Below, piece after piece: positions 16,008-26,350 of a stretch of DNA of 64,000 nt (its first letter is position 1; each line of letters starts with the position of its first letter). The position numbers and the translations under genes are program-made. Source of the DNA: Planctomycetota bacterium (GTDB taxonomy: Bacteria; Planctomycetota; UBA1135; UBA2386); assembly GCA_029936315.1 (NCBI GenBank), contig JAPYTD010000006.1:16442-80441 (forward strand). The letters run 5' to 3'. The notes under the pieces were generated by a model, which saw only the letters and a list, made by a program, of their open reading frames with translations, was not told where the DNA came from and did not search any database.

Positions 16008-19000
16008 ATGCAAAACCGAGTAGTTGTCACGGCAGGCCTTGCCGTGCTCATTCTCGCTATCGTTCTGATCGCTCTGTTTGGATTTGGTGGCGGTGCTGAT
16101 GTCACCCTGCCAGCCGGCCCAGATGATCCGACGGTGAGCTCTGATGCCGACGCTGCCAAGGGCGATTTGGTTGCCGAAGTAGCCGGTGCGAGCGGATCGA
16201 TGGCGAATGCTGACCGCGAAGAGGTCGGTGACGGCCGGGCACCGACTGGTGTGCGCGGGATCGTTGTCGACGCCAAGACCGGCAAGCCGCTCGGAGGTGT
16301 CGAAGTGTATGCGGTCAAGGATCAGCCATCCCTGGCACCGCTCATCGATCGTTTTCGCGGTTTGTTCCAGCAGGGCATGTTCGTTGACACGCGTGCGCCG
16401 CGCCGCGAGTTGGGGCGCACCGTCAGCAATCCGGACGGCACGTTTGAGCTCAAAGGCCTGAAGCCGGGTCGCATGTTCCTCGATGGTCGCAGTGACGGTT
16501 GGTTTGTGCGCACGCCTGTGTCAACGAGGTTGGCAGAGGGCCAGATCAAGGAAGGTGTCGAGCTGCGCGCGTCGCCAGGTGGTCGCGTGCGCGGGATCGT
16601 TCTCGGTGCCGACGGTGCGCCGGCTGGTGGCGCCAACGTCAGCGTGCGACCGGGTCTCAACGCGTTCCTCGGCCAGTTGACGGACCGCCAATACCGCTGG
16701 CTTGACACCATTGCCGACGAAAACGGTCGCTTCGACATTCCTGGTGTGCCTCAAGGCAATGGCTACACGGTGTCGGCGACGGCGCCGTCGATCGCGCTCG
16801 AAGAAGTGCATGGCGTCGCGGTACATGCGAATCAGGTCACGACGCTGACAATCCAGGGCCATCAGGGCGCGCGCATCGCGGGTCAGGTGTTGGATCCGCT
16901 GGGTGAGCCAATGGCTGGTGCCAACATCGCGATGATCTACCTCGATCTGAGTCGCGTGTTGTTCTCAGCCGATGGGCGCAATGAAGCCATCGTCACCAAC
17001 GCCGAGGGCTACTTCGAAATCGAACATGTCGGCGCGGGTCGCGTGGCTGTGGTTGCCGCTGCGACCGACGTCGCGCCGAGCAACATCGTCGAGTTGGCCG
17101 TCGTCGATGGCGGTGTCTATGACGACCTGCTGCTAGAACTTGGCGCAGGTTCGACGGTCACCGGGATGGTCGTCGACGACCAGGACAACCCCGTTGCCGG
17201 TGCGGCAATTGTGATGCGCCCGTTCGAGCGCCCGAACGATCCGCAGTTCATGAAGATGATGCTGAAGGTGCGCCGCGTCGAGACCACGACCGATGTGCAG
17301 GGCAAGTTCGCGGTCAAGGGCATGACCGGCGACCAAATCGTCATCCAGGCGAGTAAGCCTGGCTATACGACGGCGATCGCTTCTGGCTATGACCTTGACG
17401 ACAAGGACATCATCGTCAAGGTGCAGCGCGGCGTGACGATTCGCGGCAGGGTCATGTCCGGCGACAAGCCGGTGACTCGGTTCCGCGTAGATACCCGCAC
17501 GCGCGAGGTTCCGAAGGACAAGGACGGCAATGTCATCGCTGCGGATACGACTTCCGATCGCAGTAGCCGTCGTGCGCGCGCGCGGTCCGATCGCGGTGAC
17601 GGTGACGGTGGTCGACGGTGGGGTCGCAGAGGCAAGCGCACTCGTCAACTACCGGAAGGCCAGAAGATGGGCGGGCGCGGCATGAGCGGCAATTGGCGCG
17701 AGATCAAGTCGAGCGATGGTACCTTCACGCTGACCGGGATTCCCCCGGGTCGCATTCGGGTTCGTGTGCGGGCCGATGGCTACATCGAACCGGAGAACCA
17801 GACGCTGGACCTGGCGCCGGCCACGAAGAGCGACGAACTCGTCTTCGAGTTGGTCGGCGGCCAACCGGTTGCTGGCCGCGTTGTCGATGACTTTGGCAGC
17901 CCTGTCAGTGATGCCCAAATCACGGCCTACAAGAAGAAAGACACGAGCGATGGAGGCCGCCGCAGCATGCGGATGAGCTTCTCCATCGATCCTGAGGACT
18001 TCGACTTCCTTGCCCTGTCGACGAATCGTCGCAGCGCGATGAGCAACACGAAGGGCGAGTTCACGGTGGCTGCGTTGGAGCCGGGCGAGTACCGGTTCAC
18101 GGCGCGACACCCGGATCTGGCCAAATCGTCGACCAAGAAAGTAGTCGTCGAAGCTGGCGTCGAAACGCCGATCGTCGAGATCGCGATCGATGCGGGTGGC
18201 GCTGTCGAGGGAACGGTAACTGGTCTCGCCATGCGTCCACTGCGCGATGCATTGATGGTCGCGTTTAGCCTGCAGGCTGGATCGATGCGAAGTGGCACGA
18301 CCGACCAGAACGGCTACTACAAGATCGCCGGTCTGCCGCCGGGGCAATACATCGTCTTCAAGTCGCGCTTGGATGAGCGCGCCGACAACATCGGCCTCGA
18401 GCTGATGAGTAACATGCGCCTGAAGACCGTCACGGTGCGGCGTGGTAAGGTCGCGCGGCTCGACGTTCATGACGAAGGCGAAGACGGTGTGCGCGTCTTT
18501 GGTGTTGTTCGCGAGAACGGCGTGCCGGTGCCGCGGGCGCTGATCACCCTGTTAGGCAGCGACCGTCAGGGGTTGCTTGGCATGGGCGTGCGCGCGAATG
18601 CTGCTGGCACGGATGGCCGCTACGAGTTGGTCGGCATCAAGCCCGGCGACTACGTGATGCAGGTCACGCGCTTCCAAGGCCAGCCGGTGCAGACGACGTT
18701 CGAGATCGAAGTTCCGGAAGAGGTCAGCGAATACGCGCTCGATATCACCTTGCCGACGAGCACGATCACCGGAACGGTTCTCGACACGCGTGGCAACCCG
18801 GTCAAGGGCATGCGGGTGACGCTTGGCAGCGACGACAGTTCTTTGTCGGGCAATGGTCTGATTGGCATGATCGCCGCCAACGGCCTCAGCCGGGCGCGCA
18901 CCAACGACGAAGGCGTGTTCACGATGAAGTCGGTTGCGGCCGGCACCTATCGCTTGACGGCGGGCAGTCGCATGGGCAGCGGTCGTCGTGGCCGTCGTGC

Positions 19001-19733
19001 TCGCGAAGGTGAGCCGCAGTATGGTGAGGCTAGCCTCAACGATGTTCTCGTGGATGGCTTCACGGCCGTCGAGGGCTTGGTGATCAACGTGCCGCTGGCT
19101 GGCAAGATCACTGGCATCGTGCTCGATGGCTCGAACCAGCCTGTTGCGAACGCCGAGATTTCGTACGCCGAGCAGACAGTCAAGAAGCGCCGCAAGAAGA
19201 GCAACCCATTGCTCGATCTGCTGGGCTCTCAGCAGCCGGTTCGAACGGGCGAAGATGGTCGCTTCGAGATTGCCGCGTTGACGCCAGGCAAGTACTCGTT
19301 GCGCGTAGAAAGTGAGGCTCTCGAAGCCGGTAAGCTCGACGAGGTGCAAGTCTACGAAGACTCGCCGAGCGAAGTGACGTTGCATGTCGTCACGGGCGCG
19401 ACCCTCAAGGTGCGCGCGACCAACGTCAGCAAGAAGCAGATTCCGTTTGGCAACATCACGCTGCTCGATGGTCGCGGCAAACCAATCGTGAGTCGGGTGT
19501 CGACGTTCTCGGTGTTGAAGCGGCTGATGAACAGCCGTGACAGCGTCGAAGATTCGGGCTGGTACGAGTTCGGTAGTGTGCCGCCAGACACCTACACCCT
19601 GGTCTTGAAGGAGGACGGGCAACCTGAAGTTCGCATCGTTCGCACGATTCGCGACGGCGAAACTGTGATGTGGGACATCGATGTCGAGGCCGAGTTGGCA
19701 GCTCGCGAGCGCGACAAGGAAAAGAAGAAGTAA
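16008..19733 (+). CDS. Large membrane-anchored or secreted protein built of carboxypeptidase-regulatory-like (CarboxypepD_reg) beta-sandwich repeats
   Basis: The ATG at 16008 gives an N-terminal TM/signal anchor (VVVTAGLAVLILAIVLIALFG). More than 10 repeats follow, of the type G.V.D..G.P..GA.V......(t..dG.f.i.gl.pG.y.l). Confidence 0.8.
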   Translation: MQNRVVVTAGLAVLILAIVLIALFGFGGGADVTLPAGPDDPTVSSDADAAKGDLVAEVAGASGSMANADREEVGDGRAPTGVRGIVVDAKTGKPLGGVEVYAVKDQPSLAPLIDRFRGLFQQGMFVDTRAPRRELGRTVSNPDGTFELKGLKPGRMFLDGRSDGWFVRTPVSTRLAEGQIKEGVELRASPGGRVRGIVLGADGAPAGGANVSVRPGLNAFLGQLTDRQYRWLDTIADENGRFDIPGVPQGNGYTVSATAPSIALEEVHGVAVHANQVTTLTIQGHQGARIAGQVLDPLGEPMAGANIAMIYLDLSRVLFSADGRNEAIVTNAEGYFEIEHVGAGRVAVVAAATDVAPSNIVELAVVDGGVYDDLLLELGAGSTVTGMVVDDQDNPVAGAAIVMRPFERPNDPQFMKMMLKVRRVETTTDVQGKFAVKGMTGDQIVIQASKPGYTTAIASGYDLDDKDIIVKVQRGVTIRGRVMSGDKPVTRFRVDTRTREVPKDKDGNVIAADTTSDRSSRRARARSDRGDGDGGRRWGRRGKRTRQLPEGQKMGGRGMSGNWREIKSSDGTFTLTGIPPGRIRVRVRADGYIEPENQTLDLAPATKSDELVFELVGGQPVAGRVVDDFGSPVSDAQITAYKKKDTSDGGRRSMRMSFSIDPEDFDFLALSTNRRSAMSNTKGEFTVAALEPGEYRFTARHPDLAKSSTKKVVVEAGVETPIVEIAIDAGGAVEGTVTGLAMRPLRDALMVAFSLQAGSMRSGTTDQNGYYKIAGLPPGQYIVFKSRLDERADNIGLELMSNMRLKTVTVRRGKVARLDVHDEGEDGVRVFGVVRENGVPVPRALITLLGSDRQGLLGMGVRANAAGTDGRYELVGIKPGDYVMQVTRFQGQPVQTTFEIEVPEEVSEYALDITLPTSTITGTVLDTRGNPVKGMRVTLGSDDSSLSGNGLIGMIAANGLSRARTNDEGVFTMKSVAAGTYRLTAGSRMGSGRRGRRAREGEPQYGEASLNDVLVDGFTAVEGLVINVPLAGKITGIVLDGSNQPVANAEISYAEQTVKKRRKKSNPLLDLLGSQQPVRTGEDGRFEIAALTPGKYSLRVESEALEAGKLDEVQVYEDSPSEVTLHVVTGATLKVRATNVSKKQIPFGNITLLDGRGKPIVSRVSTFSVLKRLMNSRDSVEDSGWYEFGSVPPDTYTLVLKEDGQPEVRIVRTIRDGETVMWDIDVEAELAARERDKEKKK

Positions 19734-19793
19734 GCCTATCTGCGCGCGGGTGGGTGGACGTGCACGGTATACAGGTCGCAAGATGGTGGCCCC

Positions 19794-21878
19794 ATGCCAT
19801 CCATCCGAAACGTCCTCGCGTTCTTCCTCGGCATGGTGCTGTTTGCGGCACCATCCGCGGCGACCTGGTCGATCGTCATCGTCAACCTTACGACTGGTGA
19901 GGTCGCAGTCGGCATCGCAACGTGCCTGGTCGGATTCGATCTTCGCCCAAACACGGTGGTGATCGTTCCCGGTTATGGCGTGGCCGCGGCGCAGTCGTTC
20001 GTCGGTCCGCTGTCGCTGCGGCAGTTGATCCGCGATGGCTTCCTCAGCGGCGAGTCTTCGACCCAGATCCTCGCGGCCCTCGCGGCGGCCGATCCCGGCC
20101 ATCAGTCACGCCAGTACGGCATCGTCAGCTTGGCTGGCGGCGAAGTGACGTTCACCGGCTCGGGAGCTGGCGGTTGGGCTGGCGGGGTCACTGGACAGGT
20201 CGGCAACTACCGCTACGCGATCCAGGGCAACGTGCTTACCGGTCAGCCGGTGGTCGCGGCCGCCGAGCAAGCGATCCTGACGACGGTCGGCGACTTGCCG
20301 GAGAAGCTGATGGCGGCGATGGATGCTGCGCGCCTGATGGGCGGTGATGGTCGTTGCTCGTGCAGCCAAGGCGCCCCGACATCGTGTGGTTCGCCGCCAC
20401 CGAGCTTTACCAAGTCCGCGCACATCGGCTTGATGATTGTCAGTCGCCCGAGTGATGTCGATTCGCCGTGCACTGGCGGTCTCGGTTGTGGGGCCGGTGA
20501 CTACTGGCTCGATCTCAACGTTGCCAACCAATCGGCGGCGGCGCTCGATCCCGTGCTGCAGCTGCAGGCTCTCTACAACACTTGGAAAACCAACCAGATT
20601 GGTCGCCCGGATCACTACCAGTCGGTGGTGACGCTGAGTGACACGACCATGCTCGCCAACGGCATCGACATGGTCACCGCGACCGTCGAGTTGCGTGATG
20701 CGCAGGGATCTCCGGTCGGTAACAGTTTGCCGCTCACAGTTGCACTCGCCGGCAACAGCACGGTCAGCAACGTGTCGTTTGGCCCGGTGAATCCACAAGC
20801 GAACGGTACCTATACCTTCACGATGCAGGGCAACCTGGAGTCCGGCGTTGCCGTTCTGGATATCGCCGCTACGGACACCTTCGGCCGCGTTGGTCTGTGG
20901 CCGCGCCCGATGGTGACAGTGACCGACTTGTTTGGCCCGTGCGGTGCTGGTGCGATTCCCGATGGCCAAGGCGGTGCCTTGGCAGCGCTGCGCATCAATG
21001 GCACTGCCGGTGTCGATCGAGTCGTCGAGGTCGGTTATGGCCAGCCATTCACGATCACGCTGCAGGCACCGGTCGGTGTGCCGGGGACCTTCCCAGTCGG
21101 CATGTTCGCGCTGTGGGCCAACGATGGCGTTCCGACGCCCGGCAGTGTGTTGCCGCTCGGCGGTGTTGGCGGGTCGATGTGCTTCACACCGTCGTTGTTG
21201 ATGCCGTCGGCACCGAACGTGTTGCTCGCCGATTCATTCGGCCTCGGCAGCGTGGTGCCATCGTCACCAGCTGCGTGGAGCCTCACCGTGCCCGGCCTGC
21301 CGGTCGTGCTCGATGCCTCCCTGCAGGGTGTCATGATCGTCGATCCACAAGCAAGCATCGCGGCGACCAACGCGGTGTTCCTGCGATTGACGGCATTGCC
21401 ATCTCCCGTCATCACGACGATCTCGCCGCCGGCGGCTACGCCTGGCCAGGTTGTTACGGTCACGGGCAGCAACTTCTTCTCTGGCATCGTGGGCCGTATC
21501 GGTGCGACCGTCGTGCCAGTGACGCTCGTGTCGCCGACCGAAGCAACGTTCCCGATGCCGGCTGGCGTGGCCTGCGATGCGATGCTCGAACTAGGCAACC
21601 TGACTGGCATGTCGGTGTTTGCGCCGGTCAATCCAACGCCGGTGCTTAACAGTGTGCCGATCACGAGTGGTCCCGCTGCTGGTGGCAACAACATCGTGTT
21701 GGTCGGAACGGGCATGGCGGGCGCGACGGTTGCGATTGGTGGTGTGCCGATGGTGATCACCACGCAGACGGCCAGTGTGATCTTCGCCGTTGTGCCTCCC
21801 GGCTCGGTTGGGCCAGCCACGATCGTCGTGCAAAACGCCAATGGCTGCCAGGTGTCGACGACCTACACCTACTTGTAG
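19794..21878 (+). CDS. Exported DUF1028 (Ntn-hydrolase-like) protein with C-terminal Ig-like and IPT/TIG domains
   Basis: The signal peptide is followed by ATWSIVIVNLTTGEVAVGIA, matching the DUF1028 T(F/W)SIV N-terminal nucleophile pattern. IPT/TIG-like repeats are PVITTISPPAATPGQVVTVTGSNF and PVLNSVPITSGPAAGGNNIVLVGTG. Confidence 0.7.
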   Translation: MPSIRNVLAFFLGMVLFAAPSAATWSIVIVNLTTGEVAVGIATCLVGFDLRPNTVVIVPGYGVAAAQSFVGPLSLRQLIRDGFLSGESSTQILAALAAADPGHQSRQYGIVSLAGGEVTFTGSGAGGWAGGVTGQVGNYRYAIQGNVLTGQPVVAAAEQAILTTVGDLPEKLMAAMDAARLMGGDGRCSCSQGAPTSCGSPPPSFTKSAHIGLMIVSRPSDVDSPCTGGLGCGAGDYWLDLNVANQSAAALDPVLQLQALYNTWKTNQIGRPDHYQSVVTLSDTTMLANGIDMVTATVELRDAQGSPVGNSLPLTVALAGNSTVSNVSFGPVNPQANGTYTFTMQGNLESGVAVLDIAATDTFGRVGLWPRPMVTVTDLFGPCGAGAIPDGQGGALAALRINGTAGVDRVVEVGYGQPFTITLQAPVGVPGTFPVGMFALWANDGVPTPGSVLPLGGVGGSMCFTPSLLMPSAPNVLLADSFGLGSVVPSSPAAWSLTVPGLPVVLDASLQGVMIVDPQASIAATNAVFLRLTALPSPVITTISPPAATPGQVVTVTGSNFFSGIVGRIGATVVPVTLVSPTEATFPMPAGVACDAMLELGNLTGMSVFAPVNPTPVLNSVPITSGPAAGGNNIVLVGTGMAGATVAIGGVPMVITTQTASVIFAVVPPGSVGPATIVVQNANGCQVSTTYTYL

Positions 21879-23686
21879 AGGTCTTGTCGCAGCGCGGCGA
21901 GCCAACGCCGCGGTCGCCGTTGCTCTTCGGGTAGCTCGCGCTCGATGCGCCAGAAGCCTTTGACGAACGGTTCGCCGCGCGTTAACCACTCGACGTCGCT
22001 GTACGACAGCCCGAACGCTGCTCCGACCGATACGTCGATCGTGGTCGTCAACTCGCGGCGTTGCTGTGCATTGGTCACTGGATCGCGCGCGCCGCACCAG
22101 CCTTCAGTTTGAGCCAGGTGCCACAGATCGTGAGTCCATCGTGTCGTCGCGCACAGGCGCAAGGCCAACACCGCCAGCTCGGTCGTGCGTTGTTCGTCGA
22201 CGACCGGCAGCATGCAATCGGTCAGCACAAAGCGGTTGAGGTTGGTGCCGCCGAGTCGCATGCGTAGCGCCCAGTCGAACGGTAGCGACGCGAGCATCGC
22301 AGTTGCCGCCGCCAGTTGCCGCAGCGGGGTCCCGCCCGGCTTGCGGGGCGTCAGCACGCCGAGCGAGTTGCCGCACGGCACATCGGGTAGCAGGCACGCG
22401 ATCGCCGTGCGTTCGTTGGTGGCGTTCGACAGCGCCCTTAGCCCGATGCGCGCCGGGAAGCGCGTTGTCTTGTTCCTGCGCCACGGCTCGGCTGCGACCA
22501 GGTAGAGCGGCACGAGTTCGTCGGGCCCGTTGGGCGTGCGCCAGCGAGTTTTATGGCCGACACCACAATCGTGCGCACCGGAGTTGGCTTGCAGGTCGTA
22601 GATCATCGCACCTTGGCGCAGTGCGATCAGGTCGCCCTGTCCCTTGCACCGCCAGATACCAGTGCCGTCATGACGATAGCCGTCTTGTTCCGCTTGCTCT
22701 CGTCGCACGAACTGATCCTTGTCCGACGTCATGTTGAAGTCGCCTTGCCGCCAAGTCAGCGAGCCGTGCTCGCCGAGCAGTGCTCGGCCGCGGGCATGCA
22801 TGCGCGTCAGGATGTCGAGATCCCGTCGGGTCGCAACCTCGACGAACGTGCCGGAGTGCGGGCTCAGGTGTTGCAGTTCTTGGCGCTGGTAGGCGACGTG
22901 CGTGGGGGCTCTTGCGGCCCAGTCCTCGAGCTTGGTCTTCCCAAACGCGACCTGCACCTCTTGCGTGCTGCCGCCCTTGGTCGCGATAACCGCGCCGAAG
23001 CGATAGCGGCTGTCGATGGCGAAGATGCGCTCGCGGTTTTCGAAACCAAACAGCCATTGCCACTCACACGTGTCGAGTAGCAGCCGACGCAGCGGCTCCG
23101 CGTCGCGATCAAACCAAAGGCTGGCTGGCACGATCAGGCCAAGCCGGCCGCCGGGGCGCAGCAGTTGCACCGCGCGTTCGACGAACAGGCGATAGGTGTA
23201 GAGCTTGCCTTTGCCCTGGTGTTGGAAGAGCGGTCGAAGCTTGGCTACGCGCGCCTTGGCATCATCGCCGTCCTGCAGCGTCTCCCATGGTGGGTTGGTC
23301 AACACACAGTCGAACGACTCCGGCTCGAGGTCCGTCAACCCATCGCCAACTTCGAGCGATAGACGTGGTTCGCCTTGCGTTCTCAGTGCCTTGACCGCGA
23401 GCTCGATGGCCGCCGCGTCGAGATCTACGCCGGCGAATTTATGGGTGCCAGCTGGGTGCTGCGCCCGTAGCGCCGTCGCCGCAGCCAGCAGGAATGAGCC
23501 ACCTCCGACCGCCGGGTCGCAGATGCGCAGTGCTCGCCCTGTGAGTGGCGCCAGCGTGCGTCGCGCAGTTGGCAACGCGAGTTCCATGGGCGTAAACCAG
23601 ATGCCGTCGCGCTTGCGGCGTTCGAGCGGCAGCCCGTCCTGGTAGCGAGCCGTCTCGGTGCTCCAACTCTCGTTGCTCTCACTCAC
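21869..23686 (-). CDS. N6-adenine DNA methyltransferase (Eco57I/TaqI-like gamma class) with a C-terminal specificity-like region
   Basis: Motif I is ICDPAVGGGSFLLAA and motif IV is DCVLTNPPWE, with an upstream DGIWFTP element. The GTG start at 23686 overlaps the ilvA TGA stop (GTGA). The 3' end overlaps the convergent gene by 10 nt. Confidence 0.85.
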   Translation of the reverse strand: MSESNESWSTETARYQDGLPLERRKRDGIWFTPMELALPTARRTLAPLTGRALRICDPAVGGGSFLLAAATALRAQHPAGTHKFAGVDLDAAAIELAVKALRTQGEPRLSLEVGDGLTDLEPESFDCVLTNPPWETLQDGDDAKARVAKLRPLFQHQGKGKLYTYRLFVERAVQLLRPGGRLGLIVPASLWFDRDAEPLRRLLLDTCEWQWLFGFENRERIFAIDSRYRFGAVIATKGGSTQEVQVAFGKTKLEDWAARAPTHVAYQRQELQHLSPHSGTFVEVATRRDLDILTRMHARGRALLGEHGSLTWRQGDFNMTSDKDQFVRREQAEQDGYRHDGTGIWRCKGQGDLIALRQGAMIYDLQANSGAHDCGVGHKTRWRTPNGPDELVPLYLVAAEPWRRNKTTRFPARIGLRALSNATNERTAIACLLPDVPCGNSLGVLTPRKPGGTPLRQLAAATAMLASLPFDWALRMRLGGTNLNRFVLTDCMLPVVDEQRTTELAVLALRLCATTRWTHDLWHLAQTEGWCGARDPVTNAQQRRELTTTIDVSVGAAFGLSYSDVEWLTRGEPFVKGFWRIERELPEEQRRPRRWLAALRQDLYK

Positions 23687-24894
23687 GAAACGGATTCCGC
23701 GGGGAAGCCCGCGTCACGCAAGCGAGCAAGGATGCTCTCGACGTGCGCGGGTCCCTTCGTCTCCATGACGACGTGCAGTTCTGCTTCACGCGGCGCCAAC
23801 ACGTTGAATAGTCGCTGGTGCTCGATGTCGATCACGTCGGCACCGGCGGCGCCGATCATCTGCGTGACCTTGGACAGCACGCCGGGTACGTCGTGGATGT
23901 GGATGTGCAATCTGGCGATCTTGCCATCGCGCTTCAGGCCGCGCAGCAGCACGGTGGCCAGCATGCGTCGATCGATGTTGCCGCCGCAGATGACGACGCC
24001 GACGTTGTGATTCGCGAATGTCTGCGTGTGTCGCAGCACCGCGGCGAACCCGGCCGCGCCGGCACCCTCGGCAACGACTTTCTGCTGGGAGGCGAGAATC
24101 TGCACGGCCTCTTCGATGTCGGTTTCGCTGACGAGCAGCAGTTCGTCGAGGTGCTTCTTCAGGATCTGCGTCGGGATGGTCCCGGGCGTCTTGACGGCAA
24201 TGCCATCGGCGAGCGTGTGCGTGTTGAGCTTTGGCATGGGCTCGCCGCGCAGCGTCGCATGCATCGAAGGGCAGCTCTCGGTCTGCACGCCAATGACGCG
24301 AATGTCTGGCTTCTGATGCTTGGCCCACAGCGCCATGCCAGCGCACAGGCCACCGCCACCAATCGGCACAACCAACGTGTCGAGTTCTGGAACGTCTGTC
24401 AGCATCTCGCGCGCCACCGTTGCTTGGCCGGCGATGACTTCTTCGTCGTCGTAAGGATGCACGAACACGAGTTGTTCGGCAGCTGCGAGTTCCTTCGCAT
24501 GCACGGTGCATTCCGCCACCGACTCGCCGTGCAGCAGAACCGTTGCCCCGTGGCCCTCCGTGCGTTCGACCTTCGCGAACGGCGTCGTCAACGGCATCAC
24601 GATCTTCGCCGGCAGTCCGAGTCGACCGGCATGGTAGGCAACTCCCTGAGCATGGTTGCCGGCCGAGGCGGCAATTACTCCAGAAGGCCTCGGGGTCGCG
24701 GCGGCGAGAATCTGCAGCTTGTGGCAGCTGCCACGATCCTTGAACGAACCGGTGTATTGCAGATTCTCGAGTTTGAGCCACAGTCGCACGCCCAACGGCT
24801 CGCCGAGACGAGGCGCCGGCACGGTTGGCGTGTGCAGAATGTTGCCGCGGATCGCTGCGTGCGCCGCCTCGACGTCCTGTGGGGTAACCGGCAT
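23683..24894 (-). CDS. ilvA: Threonine ammonia-lyase (threonine dehydratase) with a C-terminal ACT-like domain
   Basis: PLP-lysine motif YTGSFKDRGS, and the SAGNHAQG and GGGGL loops. The regulatory C-terminal domain is about 80 aa. Confidence 0.9.
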   Translation of the reverse strand: MPVTPQDVEAAHAAIRGNILHTPTVPAPRLGEPLGVRLWLKLENLQYTGSFKDRGSCHKLQILAAATPRPSGVIAASAGNHAQGVAYHAGRLGLPAKIVMPLTTPFAKVERTEGHGATVLLHGESVAECTVHAKELAAAEQLVFVHPYDDEEVIAGQATVAREMLTDVPELDTLVVPIGGGGLCAGMALWAKHQKPDIRVIGVQTESCPSMHATLRGEPMPKLNTHTLADGIAVKTPGTIPTQILKKHLDELLLVSETDIEEAVQILASQQKVVAEGAGAAGFAAVLRHTQTFANHNVGVVICGGNIDRRMLATVLLRGLKRDGKIARLHIHIHDVPGVLSKVTQMIGAAGADVIDIEHQRLFNVLAPREAELHVVMETKGPAHVESILARLRDAGFPAESVS

Positions 24895-24933
24895 TGATGC
24901 GGCGAGCCTATCCGCTGGCTAAGATCGCGCCAA

Positions 24934-25218
24934 ATGCGCGAACTGATCTGGTCCCTGGTGCTGCTGTGGAACGTCATCACCCTGGCCACCTACGGCTGGG
25001 ATAAGTGGCGCAGCAAGGGGCAGGGCAGCCGCATCTCTGAACGCACGCTGTTGTTGATGCTGTTCGCTACCGGGTGGTTGGGGGCATGGCTGGCGATGGG
25101 CTGGTTCAGGCACAAGACCGTCAAGCAGCCGTTCCGCCGCTATGCGATCACGTGGACCGTCATCAACCCGTTCTGGGCGCTGTTGTGGTGGACCTGGCAA
25201 GGTCCGGCGGCGGCATAG
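24934..25218 (+). CDS. DUF1294 membrane protein
   Basis: YGWDKWRSKGQGSRISERTLLLMLFATGWLGAWLAMGWFRHKTVKQPF is the characteristic DUF1294 pattern. Confidence 0.75.
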   Translation: MRELIWSLVLLWNVITLATYGWDKWRSKGQGSRISERTLLLMLFATGWLGAWLAMGWFRHKTVKQPFRRYAITWTVINPFWALLWWTWQGPAAA

Positions 25219-25246
25219 TTGTTCGCCGGCTTGGATTTAGCTGGGC

Positions 25247-26350
25247 CTACAGCAGCAGGCGCAGCTTGGTCTTTCTGCGGGCACCGAGCAGCAGACGCTC
25301 TTGCATGGCGCGCTGCATGACGATGCGCACCGACTCCATCGTGTCGTTGGTGAACAGGATGTAGATGTTCTGGTTGAACGCGACGCGGCGGATGAAGTGG
25401 TAACCGTACTGCGACTCGATCACATCCGTCGTGTGCTGGCCGTCTTTGAGCGACCACGCCGCGCGACATATCGTCGCCGGCAGGCGATCGTCAAAGCGGT
25501 GCACGTGGGCCAGTTCGCCACCTTTCTTGGCGGTGCGCGTGTCATCTGAGTAGAGCCGCACAAGTTCTTCGAAGTTGGAACCGTCCTGACGCAGTCGCGC
25601 TTGGACTTCGGCGATGCGAGCGTTGGCGCGTGCGACGCCTTCGTCATTCAGCAGGATGCCGGTGCCGCCATCGCGGTGTTGGATCAGGATGTGTTGCAGC
25701 GTGACCTGGCCGCCCATGAAGCGTGGGTTGGCGTTGAAGAAGTCACGGAGCTGGCGGGCCGTGTAGGTGTCCTTCTCCATGATGTTGAGCAGGCCCTGTA
25801 GCTCCGAACTCAAGCCGGTGCGCAGTTGGTACTCGGACAGCAGGCTGTTGACGCGTGCTTGCGAGATCTCTGGGTAGCCGCGCTGGCGACGGCGTTCGAC
25901 TTCTCTGCCAAGGTAGACCTCGAAGTTCTCCTTCAAGACTTTGGACTGTGCCTTCTCGAGGTCGACGGGGTCCATGTACTCATCGCCGTAGACCTGGCGC
26001 AGTGCCTCCATGTCGGCGAATTGGCGAACCCAGGGGGCGATCAAGTCTGACCTGAGATAGGCCTGCACCGTTGGCTGCGTCTCAAGCAGCTTCTTGAAGC
26101 CGGGGTAGTGGCGCGCGTCGATGTGGTCGACCAAGGCGCCCAGGGTCAGCGTCTTGTTGCCGACCACCGCGATCGCCACATCCTTGTCCGCTGGGTACCT
26201 GCGAACGATGTGGTGCGGCCCGTCATTGCTGGTTAGCGGATTCTGTTTCTTGCTCGGTCGGTCCTGGGCGAGCGTTGCGACGGACAGTCCCATAGCAAGG
26301 CAGGCGAACGTGATTGTGCGGGTGAGCATGGGCATCATCGTCAATAGCAA
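25247..26350 (-). CDS. Parvulin-type peptidyl-prolyl isomerase (SurA/PpiC-like), exported
   Basis: Signal peptide, then a SurA-like helical region, then a PpiC domain: VTLQHILI...GGELAHVHRFDDRLPATICRAAWSLKDGQHTTDVIESQYGYHFIRR. Confidence 0.8.
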   Translation of the reverse strand: MLLTMMPMLTRTITFACLAMGLSVATLAQDRPSKKQNPLTSNDGPHHIVRRYPADKDVAIAVVGNKTLTLGALVDHIDARHYPGFKKLLETQPTVQAYLRSDLIAPWVRQFADMEALRQVYGDEYMDPVDLEKAQSKVLKENFEVYLGREVERRRQRGYPEISQARVNSLLSEYQLRTGLSSELQGLLNIMEKDTYTARQLRDFFNANPRFMGGQVTLQHILIQHRDGGTGILLNDEGVARANARIAEVQARLRQDGSNFEELVRLYSDDTRTAKKGGELAHVHRFDDRLPATICRAAWSLKDGQHTTDVIESQYGYHFIRRVAFNQNIYILFTNDTMESVRIVMQRAMQERLLLGARRKTKLRLLL

